From: an uncultured Gammaproteobacteria bacterium
GTDB lineage: Bacteria > Pseudomonadota > Gammaproteobacteria > Pseudomonadales > Endozoicomonadaceae
Reading direction: 5' to 3'
NCBI GenBank assembly: GCA_929200395.1
Contig: CAKMZJ010000022.1
Span: 1-24,000, forward strand
Length of the DNA stretch: 24,000 nt
Shown in pieces: positions 9,663 through 18,615 of this stretch. The notes beneath the pieces were generated by a model. It searched no databases. It worked only from the letters and a program-made list of their open reading frames with translations, and was not told where the DNA came from. Both the position numbers and the translations under genes were made by a program. Positions within the stretch are counted from its first letter, which is position 1; every line of letters starts with the position of its first letter.

Positions 9663-11291
9663 CTATAAACCGAATGATGCAAATTTTTTAGTATAATATC
9701 TTATTTTTTCTAGTTTTAAGTTTCTATTCTCTTTTGTTGTAAGTTGTCTAGGAGTAATAATATTTAATCTACTTCCCTCACGCTCTTTAGCATATGAAAA
9801 AAGTGCTAAACCAGAAGGATGGATATAAAATTTTGCTACAAAAGTATCTTCTAATAAAGGGAAAAAATTTTTGTATTTTATTGGTGTTATACTACAGTTA
9901 TTGCGTTTATAGTATGGGTCTGTTGCAGATTTTAAAAGTTTATCTTCAATTCCCATGACTTCCAAGTTCATAGAAGTATCGTCGTTTTCAGTATCTTTGC
10001 ATGTTTTTAAAACAAAAATATTTTTTTCATCTAAGGTTAAACCTAATCGATGATAAGAATTATCTAATAATAACATAGCGCAAAACCATTCGCCGTTGAT
10101 TTTATTTAGCATAATCAATTTACGGGCATTATTAATATATATGCATACGCTACCTGAGTTATTAAATGTTAAGCCACGAAAGTATTGGTACATACTAAGT
10201 AAGCCATCATTTTTCTCTTTTAGTTTTGGCAATGATTTTTCTATAAAGTTTTCTTCATTATTACTTCGTGAAAACAAGTGGAGAGATTTATTAGGATAAT
10301 AACCAACTATAGCAGCTAACTCTAAACCATTAGCACTAAAAATAAAAGTAGAAACTTTATTCCCGTAGATGGGTGACTTATGAGGTATATAAGGTATAAT
10401 AAAATTTTCTATGTTATAACTAGAAGAATCTCCGACTTTTATTAAATATGGCTTATAATCTTTGATTAGAAGTAGTTTTTTATCATTACTGCATGGAAAC
10501 ATTATGGCTTTATTTAGAGATAATTTATAAGTTTTATAACCTTCTATATGGTCTATTTTACAGTCCCATAATTTTTTAGTTGTATTTTTGCCTTCTAAGT
10601 TTAGCTGATATAGAACAAATCTTAGGCTGTGTTTTTCAATACGATTATCTAATAAAATTAACAAATTATTTTCTGGGGTAAATTTTAAACATGCTATACT
10701 TTCGTCATTTATACAGTTGATGTCAATTAATTTTGTAAGATTTATAGGATAATCAATGCGGTAAATTTTGATTAAATGCATTGAATCTTTAAACTGAATA
10801 GCACAGTGATTACTTTTAAAATTAACTTTAAATTTTATAATATTATTACTCAAATTCTGTGTAACTGATCCTGTTGCTGTTCTCAATTTTTTAGCTGTAG
10901 ATGCTAATTGTTGAAAAATAAAATTACAAAATGTGTTATCTATATTTTTATTCTCTTTATTGTTTTGTAAATATTCATCTATTTTGAGTTTTGTTTCGGG
11001 ATCAAAATCTTCTAGCATTGGGCCTATAAAAGTTTTATACGAATCTATAGAATAAGACAGGCAGTTATTAGGTACTTGTTGATAAATTTTTCTTTGCAGT
11101 AAAGGGGTTATTAGTAAATAGTTAAATTTACACAAGGTGGTTAATATATATGTTGTTTTAATGTCGCAAAACTTTACTATATTTTCCCAAATTTCTGCTG
11201 GCAAATATCCTTGGTTGTTATTAGTTTCAGTTGTGTCATCTTGATTAACTAAAGTTTCATGTTTTATTGGTTTATTAGGGTAATAGATCAT
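9663..11291 (-). CDS. F-box domain protein with degenerate beta-propeller-like C-terminal region (putative eukaryote-like effector)
   Basis: N-terminal F-box-like GYLPAEIWENIVKFCDIKTTYILTTLCKFNYLLITPLLQRKIY; repeated strands such as FSANGLELAAIVGYYPNKSLHLFSR and FNNSGSVCIYINNARKLIMLNKINGEWF resembling WD40-like blades. Confidence 0.75.
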   Translation of the reverse strand: MIYYPNKPIKHETLVNQDDTTETNNNQGYLPAEIWENIVKFCDIKTTYILTTLCKFNYLLITPLLQRKIYQQVPNNCLSYSIDSYKTFIGPMLEDFDPETKLKIDEYLQNNKENKNIDNTFCNFIFQQLASTAKKLRTATGSVTQNLSNNIIKFKVNFKSNHCAIQFKDSMHLIKIYRIDYPINLTKLIDINCINDESIACLKFTPENNLLILLDNRIEKHSLRFVLYQLNLEGKNTTKKLWDCKIDHIEGYKTYKLSLNKAIMFPCSNDKKLLLIKDYKPYLIKVGDSSSYNIENFIIPYIPHKSPIYGNKVSTFIFSANGLELAAIVGYYPNKSLHLFSRSNNEENFIEKSLPKLKEKNDGLLSMYQYFRGLTFNNSGSVCIYINNARKLIMLNKINGEWFCAMLLLDNSYHRLGLTLDEKNIFVLKTCKDTENDDTSMNLEVMGIEDKLLKSATDPYYKRNNCSITPIKYKNFFPLLEDTFVAKFYIHPSGLALFSYAKEREGSRLNIITPRQLTTKENRNLKLEKIRYYTKKFASFGL

Positions 11292-11378
11292 GATATTTTT
11301 ATTCCTTATATTTTACAGCTAATATTGACTTTATGCGCCATCTACCTGAAAAGACGTATCTTCAAGTAAAGTATTAAT

Positions 11379-12587
11379 TTAACCCTGTAATTCTGAAATC
11401 TCTATTCTCCATGTAATAGAAGCACCAAACTTATCGACATACCACTTACTAAGTCCTTTATCTGTAAAAAATTCTTTAAAATCTATAAAAGACTGTGGGG
11501 TATCAATCTTGTTATGTCTGTACATAGAGTTTAAGGTTGTAATTTGTGAAAAGGTAAATGATTGCTGAGACATCAATACCTTTTCTATTGAGGATAAATA
11601 AGCATAAATAGATACTTGATATTTTAGCTTATGGAAATTAAATGATTCGATATAAAAACCTTGTTGTTCTCTGTTTCGGAAGCGCATAGGGACTTCTTCC
11701 AAAGGAATATCATCATCATATTTATTATTAATCACTGCATCATAATAAGCATAATCCTCTGGTTTTTTTATAAATAATAAATTTTGTTCATCTATGGTGA
11801 TATATACAGTAGAAAAAATAAATTTTCTTTCTGATGGATATTCATCACTTGGAGCAAATTCATATATAGGCATGGAAAGTAATTCTTTTTGGGTATTTGT
11901 AACAATGTGACTATGTATAAAATGTTCGGCGCATCTTGCACTTTCTTCCTTTCTTGTATTATTTAGCAATCTATTACGAACAAATAATGGCGGAAGGGTA
12001 GAATTTATATGTTTCCATTCAACAAATTCTTCAGGGCATTGTTGTTTATGCTTTTTAAAATCTATTTGTTCTTCGTTAGTTAACTTAGTTTTACATTTAG
12101 AGCATTTTATTACAGCGCAAGCATTCATTTCAGGTGATACTTTTCTATCGATTAATGTTTGTTCACCACAACAAAGCTCTAAATGTGCTTCTAGCTTAGT
12201 TAAACGTAAAGTATCACCACAATTTTTAGGGCAAATACATATAACATTATACTTCATGTCATTGATTGTTCTTCTTGCTTGTTTATCCTCTATAAATTCA
12301 GAATCTTCTGTTAATGATTCTTTACACATAGGACATGTAGAATTTTTATACTCATCGGTGCATTTTCTACAAAACAAGTGCCTTTCATCTAAGGTTAAAG
12401 CTACTTTATTACATAAAGATACAGGGTCTTCAGGTATTTCCATGCAAATTATACATTTAGGATGAAAATTTTCAGTACTTATTATTTTTACAGATGGATA
12501 TTTATGAGCAAGCTCAGTATTAGTAAAATTTGTTGATAAACTAGGTAAAATAGTCAAATCATTATTGTTTAAAGTTATGTTTTGCAT
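11379..12587 (-). CDS. RING + TRAF-type zinc finger protein (TRAF-like putative E3 ligase effector), copy A
   Basis: CIICMEIPEDPVSLCNKVALTLDERHLFCRKCTDEYKNSTCPMC (RING-like), CPKNCGDTLRLTKLEAHLELC (TRAF-type Zn finger), CSKCKTKLTNEEQIDFKKHKQQCPEEF (second finger-like); conserved C-terminal domain. Confidence 0.8.
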   Translation of the reverse strand: MQNITLNNNDLTILPSLSTNFTNTELAHKYPSVKIISTENFHPKCIICMEIPEDPVSLCNKVALTLDERHLFCRKCTDEYKNSTCPMCKESLTEDSEFIEDKQARRTINDMKYNVICICPKNCGDTLRLTKLEAHLELCCGEQTLIDRKVSPEMNACAVIKCSKCKTKLTNEEQIDFKKHKQQCPEEFVEWKHINSTLPPLFVRNRLLNNTRKEESARCAEHFIHSHIVTNTQKELLSMPIYEFAPSDEYPSERKFIFSTVYITIDEQNLLFIKKPEDYAYYDAVINNKYDDDIPLEEVPMRFRNREQQGFYIESFNFHKLKYQVSIYAYLSSIEKVLMSQQSFTFSQITTLNSMYRHNKIDTPQSFIDFKEFFTDKGLSKWYVDKFGASITWRIEISELQG

Positions 12588-12749
12588 ATATTTTTGTTTA
12601 ATCCAATTGTTGTTAAAAGTTATTTTTATATCATTAGTTATGACATCTACTGACCATAAAAATTCAATAAATAAAATATTTAATTATTAATATTTTAAAA
12701 GGTAAAACTTTTAGTTTTTAAATTATGCAAAATAACAGTTAAAACAGAG

Positions 12750-14126
12750 TTAATTATCCCAGTTATCTTGATCAGATTCATCGCTTGAACTATCTTCATG
12801 TATGCTTGAGTATCGATTATTTATTGCAACTAATAAAGAATCATAAAGTGTTTCATGATTACTAGATTTAGCTGAATGTGTTTTTTTATTATTAGTTATA
12901 TTTTCTGAGTTAACTTTTTTAAGTGGTATCCCTTGTTTAATTGCTTCCAGTAACGTATCTCTATTACGAGAAGTATCTAAGGTTGTTGATTTATTATTTG
13001 ATAAATATTTCACGTCTTTTTTTATCATAGTATTAAAATAATATTGATGTTTTTCAACTATATGCATCAATATTTTTAATTCTTCAATGCTCTGCATAAA
13101 ATTTGGTCTTGATTTTTTTATTGTATAAATAATTTCTGTTAAATAAGGTATATCAATTTTATTATTTAAAAAATAATCTCGCATCATATTATTAATAGCA
13201 ATAAAAACTCCTGTTTTTATTACACCTAAATTGCAATTAACTACAATAGGTTGTTTATTAAAATTTCTAAAGATGGGTAAATTAACGATATATTTAATGA
13301 CAGCTGACAGTTTTGTGGCTCTTAAAGGATCAATAACTAAATCGTTTTTCCATCCTAAATCGTAAATACGTATATGAGGTAATTTATTTATTTCTAAAAA
13401 ATCTATGAGTATATTAGCTCTTGAATTTGATATGAAGTCTATTTTTGTTATAGATACTGCTTTTGCAATAACCATTTTATTAGATTTAATTTTACGTATA
13501 GTAATAGGTTTATTAAACTCATACGGAGGCAATATATGATTAGTAGCGTTATCGGAATTGAATTTTTCACTATCAACTAAGGAGATCGATATAAAACTAT
13601 TATTTTCTGCTAACATTCTGATGAAATGCTTGCTTGTATCTTTATCATTAAGTTTAGTAGTAGGACCTTGTGCTGCTATATAACTTCCTTGCGATAACTG
13701 TATTTTATTAGCATGGTATATATTCCCTTTAGTTGCTGAACTAGCTATAGGACATAATATATTTTGTGCTTTATTGTTATGTTTTATTATTTGGCCATGA
13801 TCATAATTATTAAATTTAGATTGAATAGTATTTAGTTGTTCTGTTAACTGTTCTTGCGGGGAATTAAAATCTAAATTTTTAGTTTTTAACTTATTAAAAA
13901 TAAAGTTTATGGTTTTTTCTATACGAGATAAATTTTTTTTAGAAAATATTTCTGTTACTGATTTTGTTATTTGGTTGTTATTTTGGTTTGTAGAAGCGGA
14001 TTCTATATTTAATTGAGAATGGTTTAAATATACATTATGTGTTGAATTTATGTTTGTACCATTCAAATTATAATTATCATTAGGTGTGCTAATGCTAGTA
14101 AATTGCATGCTTGCATTGTTAATCAT
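12750..14126 (-). CDS. Protein-tyrosine-phosphatase-fold protein, predicted catalytically inactive (pseudophosphatase)
   Basis: PTP landmarks: NIYHANKIQLSQGSYIAAQGP (canonical DYINAS...YIATQGP), P-loop position VVNCNLGVIKTGVFIA, Q-loop-like SRPNFMQSIEELKILMHIV. Catalytic H, R and WPD Pro/Asp appear to be replaced. Confidence 0.72.
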   Translation of the reverse strand: MINNASMQFTSISTPNDNYNLNGTNINSTHNVYLNHSQLNIESASTNQNNNQITKSVTEIFSKKNLSRIEKTINFIFNKLKTKNLDFNSPQEQLTEQLNTIQSKFNNYDHGQIIKHNNKAQNILCPIASSATKGNIYHANKIQLSQGSYIAAQGPTTKLNDKDTSKHFIRMLAENNSFISISLVDSEKFNSDNATNHILPPYEFNKPITIRKIKSNKMVIAKAVSITKIDFISNSRANILIDFLEINKLPHIRIYDLGWKNDLVIDPLRATKLSAVIKYIVNLPIFRNFNKQPIVVNCNLGVIKTGVFIAINNMMRDYFLNNKIDIPYLTEIIYTIKKSRPNFMQSIEELKILMHIVEKHQYYFNTMIKKDVKYLSNNKSTTLDTSRNRDTLLEAIKQGIPLKKVNSENITNNKKTHSAKSSNHETLYDSLLVAINNRYSSIHEDSSSDESDQDNWDN

Positions 14127-14311
14127 CGATAAGCCTTTAATTTTAGTAAGATATTATTAAAAAAACCGCCTAAATTATATTAAATTTAATCTTTTTATTC
14201 GATTTTAAGTTTTATATTTTAAGGTGTATCTATTATGGAATAGATTATAATATCACATGAAAATAATTTAATTTAAACTTTTATTGTGATGTGTTTTCTA
14301 AGCTGTTTAGT

Positions 14312-14339
14312 TTGACTAAAAGTAAATATTTGTTATAGT
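14312..14339 (+). promoter_or_regulatory. Sigma70-like promoter for the 14379 gene
   Basis: TTGACT (14312-14317), 16-nt spacer, TATAGT (14334-14339); followed by aaggtgagg RBS (14367-14375) and ATG 14379. Confidence 0.55.
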
Positions 14340-14378
14340 TTACTCTTATCATAGAAAAATAATAAAAAGGTGAGGTAA

Positions 14379-15791
14379 ATGAAATTTAGTTTATTAGCAG
14401 TATTACTTGCTAAAATGTTAATGCTAACACAGGTACAACTTTATCCATTCGAAACAAACTATACTGAAGTAGATAACCCTAACTTATTAAATAATACTGT
14501 ATCTTCTCAAATAAATCAATCATTAGTAAATATAGCAGATTATAAGTCTACAGATGTTTTATCTAGGGTGAAGCGGGCAGCTAGAGGTGGTGGTTATTCT
14601 GGGGGTCGTGGCGGTGGTGGTAGAAGCAGTTTAGGACGTGGCGGAAGATCATATAGAGGTTCATACAGAAGTAAATCTAATTCATATACAAGGAGTCGGT
14701 CGTCGTACAGAGTATCAAAAAATTATTTTACTGGTAAAAAATGGTACAATTTAAACGGCAAGCCAGTTAATTTATATAAAGGATTATTATATACTAAATC
14801 AGGGGCAATAAAACGGTTTGTAACAACCTCTAAAGGCATAAAATATAAAATAAATAATGTTAATAATTGGTTAAATATAAAAACTAAAGATAAAGTTATA
14901 ATCAGCACCTTACCTAAAATCGTGCAGTATAGGAAGAATAATAACTTGTTTAAATTAGCTGTTTGTAATTTTTATTTCAATTATCATTGGAATAATCCAC
15001 TAGAAATACATTTTCTATATCATAAAAATAATAATCCTTTTAAATTGTTATTTATGCCAAACTATAAAGATAAATCTATGATAGATATAGGATATTACGA
15101 TATTAATAAACCAAATAATAATTTTGCTAATAGCACATCGGAAGCAAATCATACTACAGCTGAAGCAAAAATAGCTAGAACTTTTATAAAGCTGGGATCT
15201 ATACCTAGAGGTAGTCATATTAGTTTTGCTGTATTGAATCAAGCATCAGTAAATAACCCAGTCTCAAAAACAGTTTTACCTAAAAGTAATAATACTGAAA
15301 TAGCAGATTATAACACTACAGCAGAGTATAACATAACCAGTTTACCACACAATATTACTAAAAATAATGCCACAACAGTTTTGCCAATTCCTGTTATTAT
15401 AAATCCAAATAGTACTGATATAAACCATATGCAAAACATTACATCGCCGATAAACTCAACAGTTTCTTATGATGCTAATAACATTACTCAGGTTAATTCA
15501 TTATTAACTCAACAAAATGTTTTAAATGCCCCTTCGCAGCTTGTTATAATGACTGATAATAAGATTATTAAAAAAATTCCTTTGCCTCAAAAAGTCGATT
15601 ATTTTCTTATTAATAGCAATAATGATACTATTTTAACTTATTCTATGAATAGCCCTAAAATAGAGAGAAAACGCAACAATAATAATAACAATAATACTTG
15701 GTGGTATTGGGGAGCGGCAACTACAGGAAAAGATATTAATTATATGTTGCTATCAGCTTTAGCTTTAATGAGTATAAAATCATTACTTTAA
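14379..15791 (+). CDS. Secreted/surface protein: signal peptide, RG/GG-rich region, Asn/Thr-rich region with many N-x-S/T sites, C-terminal hydrophobic tail
   Basis: MKFSLLAVLLAKMLMLTQVQLYPF signal-like start; SRVKRAARGGGYSGGRGGGGRSSLGRGGRSYRGSYRSKS; C-terminus WWYWGAATTGKDINYMLLSALALMSIKSLL. Good RBS and promoter. Confidence 0.8.
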   Translation: MKFSLLAVLLAKMLMLTQVQLYPFETNYTEVDNPNLLNNTVSSQINQSLVNIADYKSTDVLSRVKRAARGGGYSGGRGGGGRSSLGRGGRSYRGSYRSKSNSYTRSRSSYRVSKNYFTGKKWYNLNGKPVNLYKGLLYTKSGAIKRFVTTSKGIKYKINNVNNWLNIKTKDKVIISTLPKIVQYRKNNNLFKLAVCNFYFNYHWNNPLEIHFLYHKNNNPFKLLFMPNYKDKSMIDIGYYDINKPNNNFANSTSEANHTTAEAKIARTFIKLGSIPRGSHISFAVLNQASVNNPVSKTVLPKSNNTEIADYNTTAEYNITSLPHNITKNNATTVLPIPVIINPNSTDINHMQNITSPINSTVSYDANNITQVNSLLTQQNVLNAPSQLVIMTDNKIIKKIPLPQKVDYFLINSNNDTILTYSMNSPKIERKRNNNNNNNTWWYWGAATTGKDINYMLLSALALMSIKSLL

Positions 15792-15820
15792 CAGGATAAA
15801 AATAATTTTGCTCTTAACGA

Positions 15821-15850
15821 ACCCACCGCCATTTCATTTAGGGTGGGGTA
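15821..15850. terminator. Possible bidirectional terminator between convergent genes
   Basis: CCCACC / GGTGGG inverted repeat (acccaccgccatttcatttagggtggggtatttt) in the short gap between the + gene ending 15791 and the - gene ending 15860. Confidence 0.4.
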
Positions 15851-15859
15851 TTTTGAGTT

Positions 15860-17071
15860 TTATTTAGCTGTAGTTTCTGCTAGTTCTATTCTCCATATTA
15901 TAGAGGAACCAAGTTTATCGGTATATAATTTACTAAGCCCTTTATCTGTAAAAAACTCTTTAACATCTATAAAAGATTGTGGAGTATCAGTCTTGCTATA
16001 TGAATACATAGAATTTAAAGTACTAATGCTTGAATAAGTAAATGCTTGTTGGCATACTAATATCGATTCTCTTTCAGATAAATGAGCATAAATAGATAAT
16101 CTATAGTTTAAATCAGGATGGTTTTTATCTGAAGGTATAAAACCAATTTCTTGTTCGTTTCGAAAACGTTTTGGAATACTGTTTTCGGTTATCTTATTAT
16201 TAGTAAAATGGTGTGTTTCTCGGTTAACACTAAAATGATTATTTTTTTTTGTTGTAATAACTAATAAATGCTGTTCATTGATTGATACTGTTGCCTCTGC
16301 AGAAATAAATTGTATTTCTTTAAGATTTTGATTATCTAAAGGAAATTCATATATAGGTAGAGAAATTAATTCTAATTTCTTTGAAGTTACAAAATTATGA
16401 TTAACCTTTATACAAGATTTAGCTTGTTCTTTGTATTTATCAATATTAAATAATCTTTTACGAATAGCTAAAGAAGGAAATATAGAATTTTTAGTTTTAT
16501 ATTCAGCAAATTCTTCAGGACATATTTCTGTATGTTTTGCTAAATCTATTTGCTCTGTATCAGTTAATTTTGCTTTACATTCGGAGCATTGTGTTACGTT
16601 ATTGATGCTAGTTACAACTGATAATTTTCTGTCACTTAATACTTGTTTGCCGTTACAAATTTTTAAATGAGTTTCTATTTTATTAAAAGATAAAATATTA
16701 CCACAATTTTTAGGGCAAATAGCTAGAACATTACATTTCATGTCATTGATTGATTTTCTTGCTTGTATGTCTTCTATAAATTTAATATTTTCTGTTAATG
16801 AATCATTACACAAAGGGCAGTTAGAATTTTCATAATTAGCGGTGCATTTTCTACAAAACAAGTGTCTTTCATCTAGGGTTATGTTTATTTTATTACATAA
16901 AGATACAGGATCTTCAGGTATTTGTAAGCAAATTATACATTTTGGGAAAAAATTTTCGCTTGCTATTATGTTGACAGACGGATACTCTTTAGCAAAAGCG
17001 TTATTAGTAAAATTAGTTTGTAAGCTAGGTAAACCAGAAAGTTGACTACTCGTTAAAGTTAAGTTTTGCAT
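15860..17071 (-). CDS. RING + TRAF-type zinc finger protein (TRAF-like putative E3 ligase effector), copy B
   Basis: Paralogue of the 11379-12587 product: ENFFPKCIICLQIPEDPVSLCNKINITLDERHLFCRKCTANYENSNCPLC, CPKNCGNILSFNKIETHLKIC, DTPQSFIDVKEFFTDKGLSKLYTDKLGSSIIWRIEL. Confidence 0.8.
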   Translation of the reverse strand: MQNLTLTSSQLSGLPSLQTNFTNNAFAKEYPSVNIIASENFFPKCIICLQIPEDPVSLCNKINITLDERHLFCRKCTANYENSNCPLCNDSLTENIKFIEDIQARKSINDMKCNVLAICPKNCGNILSFNKIETHLKICNGKQVLSDRKLSVVTSINNVTQCSECKAKLTDTEQIDLAKHTEICPEEFAEYKTKNSIFPSLAIRKRLFNIDKYKEQAKSCIKVNHNFVTSKKLELISLPIYEFPLDNQNLKEIQFISAEATVSINEQHLLVITTKKNNHFSVNRETHHFTNNKITENSIPKRFRNEQEIGFIPSDKNHPDLNYRLSIYAHLSERESILVCQQAFTYSSISTLNSMYSYSKTDTPQSFIDVKEFFTDKGLSKLYTDKLGSSIIWRIELAETTAK

Positions 17072-17245
17072 ATTTATTCTTAGTATTCGATAAGTTGTTA
17101 TTAAAATGTGTCTATATGTTAGTAATTTAGAAATAGCTAATAAAATATAAATAAATTGTACCTAAAACTATATAGGTATTATTATTATAAAATAGTTAAT
17201 TGTTTTAGTTGAAGATACGGGTTTTTAGCAAGTAATTCAAATAAC

Positions 17246-18361
17246 CTAGTTTATTATCAGCCCTTGAACAACTGAAAACATAAGTTGATTACTAGTGTTG
17301 TCTATCAAAGCATACGCATCATGATCAAAAAAGACACCTACTTTGGTATCATCTATGAATAATGATTCCATAGGTACATATCCTGTTACAGTATTATAAA
17401 CTAATCTGTAACTAAATATATCATTGTCTGCGATATTATATTCTAGATGATAATTACGGCATCTATTTTTTCTAGTAGTTTCTTGCCAGGTATTTTTTAT
17501 TAGTTCAAAAGATTTATAACTATTTTTATGAAAAACTGCTAGCTTATCACCTTTATAGTTTAAACAGATACTTGTTATTAGATTAGAAGAATTATGATAA
17601 TATATTTTTTCATTTTTTTTATAGGGAGACATAGTAATAATTTGTACTGAAACCTTATCTCTGCAAACTAATATCGATCCGTCATTATTGTAGCATTCAG
17701 GAATACTAATACAATTATCTATACTATATTCAACATTCCAATTATTATTATTTTCACTGATAACACATAAATTCTTGTTTTTTAATAAAGCAATAACTTT
17801 ATTGTTATATTGATTTAAACAAATACCCTCTATTTCATCATTTAATTCAAGATTACATATGTCATCTTTTAAATTACTAGTATTTTTGCACTTACTAGGA
17901 ATATCAACTATTTGTAATTTATTATTAGAAAAATTAGCTACTGTTATAGTGTCTTCTGCTTTAGTAGCAGATAGACATTTAGCTGCAAATGGTAATTTTT
18001 TAGTATTTCTGTTTTTTATTGCATAAACCTTATGCTGTTTTTTACCTTTAGAAAAATTAATATTATGCAACTCAGTGTTATTTTTATTTTCTGTAATGAC
18101 AAATAATTTATCGCTAGTTTGACTAAAGCACATATCGCATATTTTATTATTTTTAGAATGCTTAAAAAAATATGAAGGTTCATCAGAAGGCTCTTGTCTA
18201 CTATTGTTTTTAGATATACCAATTACGCTAATTACGCGATATGTAAAAAAATAACCTTCGTAAACTGAGGTAAAAGCTCCCCAATTATTATTAGGGCTAA
18301 TAGCTTTTTTCTCAAGTAATATTGGAGTTGATATAGTAGGTATTGTTTTAATATCTTGCAT
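17246..18361 (-). CDS. Hypothetical 371-aa protein with beta-propeller/WD40-like repeats
   Basis: Blade-like repeats ICDMCFSQTSDKLFVITENKNNTELHNI, IEGICLNQYNNKVIALLKNKNLCVIS, LITSICLNYKGDKLAVFHKNSYKSFELIK; resembles the C-terminal part of the 9663-11291 product in style. Confidence 0.65.
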   Translation of the reverse strand: MQDIKTIPTISTPILLEKKAISPNNNWGAFTSVYEGYFFTYRVISVIGISKNNSRQEPSDEPSYFFKHSKNNKICDMCFSQTSDKLFVITENKNNTELHNINFSKGKKQHKVYAIKNRNTKKLPFAAKCLSATKAEDTITVANFSNNKLQIVDIPSKCKNTSNLKDDICNLELNDEIEGICLNQYNNKVIALLKNKNLCVISENNNNWNVEYSIDNCISIPECYNNDGSILVCRDKVSVQIITMSPYKKNEKIYYHNSSNLITSICLNYKGDKLAVFHKNSYKSFELIKNTWQETTRKNRCRNYHLEYNIADNDIFSYRLVYNTVTGYVPMESLFIDDTKVGVFFDHDAYALIDNTSNQLMFSVVQGLIIN

Positions 18362-18615
18362 ATTATTTTCTTAATTATTAAATTTTATTTTTATTCAAGT
18401 TAAGCATTTAAAAAACATATAAAGATTGTTTATATATATTTGCATTGTAAATTTAATATAATGTAAATTTTTACAAGCAATTACTTTATATTTTCAATGT
18501 ATGTATTTACAATTTTAACACTGTAACATTGTTTTTTTTATTTGCTGTAGTTTAACAGATACATATATTTTTAATTGGTTCAGTTTATTTTATATTTTTA
18601 AAAAATTAATGAAAG

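Noticed and set aside
12256-12465. Plus-strand ORFs 12256-12465, 16431-16670, 16842-17045 and 15843-16037
   Set aside because: Antisense to the RING-TRAF genes; 12256 and 16842 resemble each other only because the sense genes are paralogous.
12750-14126. Calling this an active tyrosine phosphatase
   Set aside because: The P-loop lacks the invariant Arg and His and the WPD motif is not intact, so activity is not supported by sequence.
14723-15242. Minus-strand ORFs 14723-14908 and 15048-15242
   Set aside because: Antisense within the secreted RG-rich protein gene, no support.
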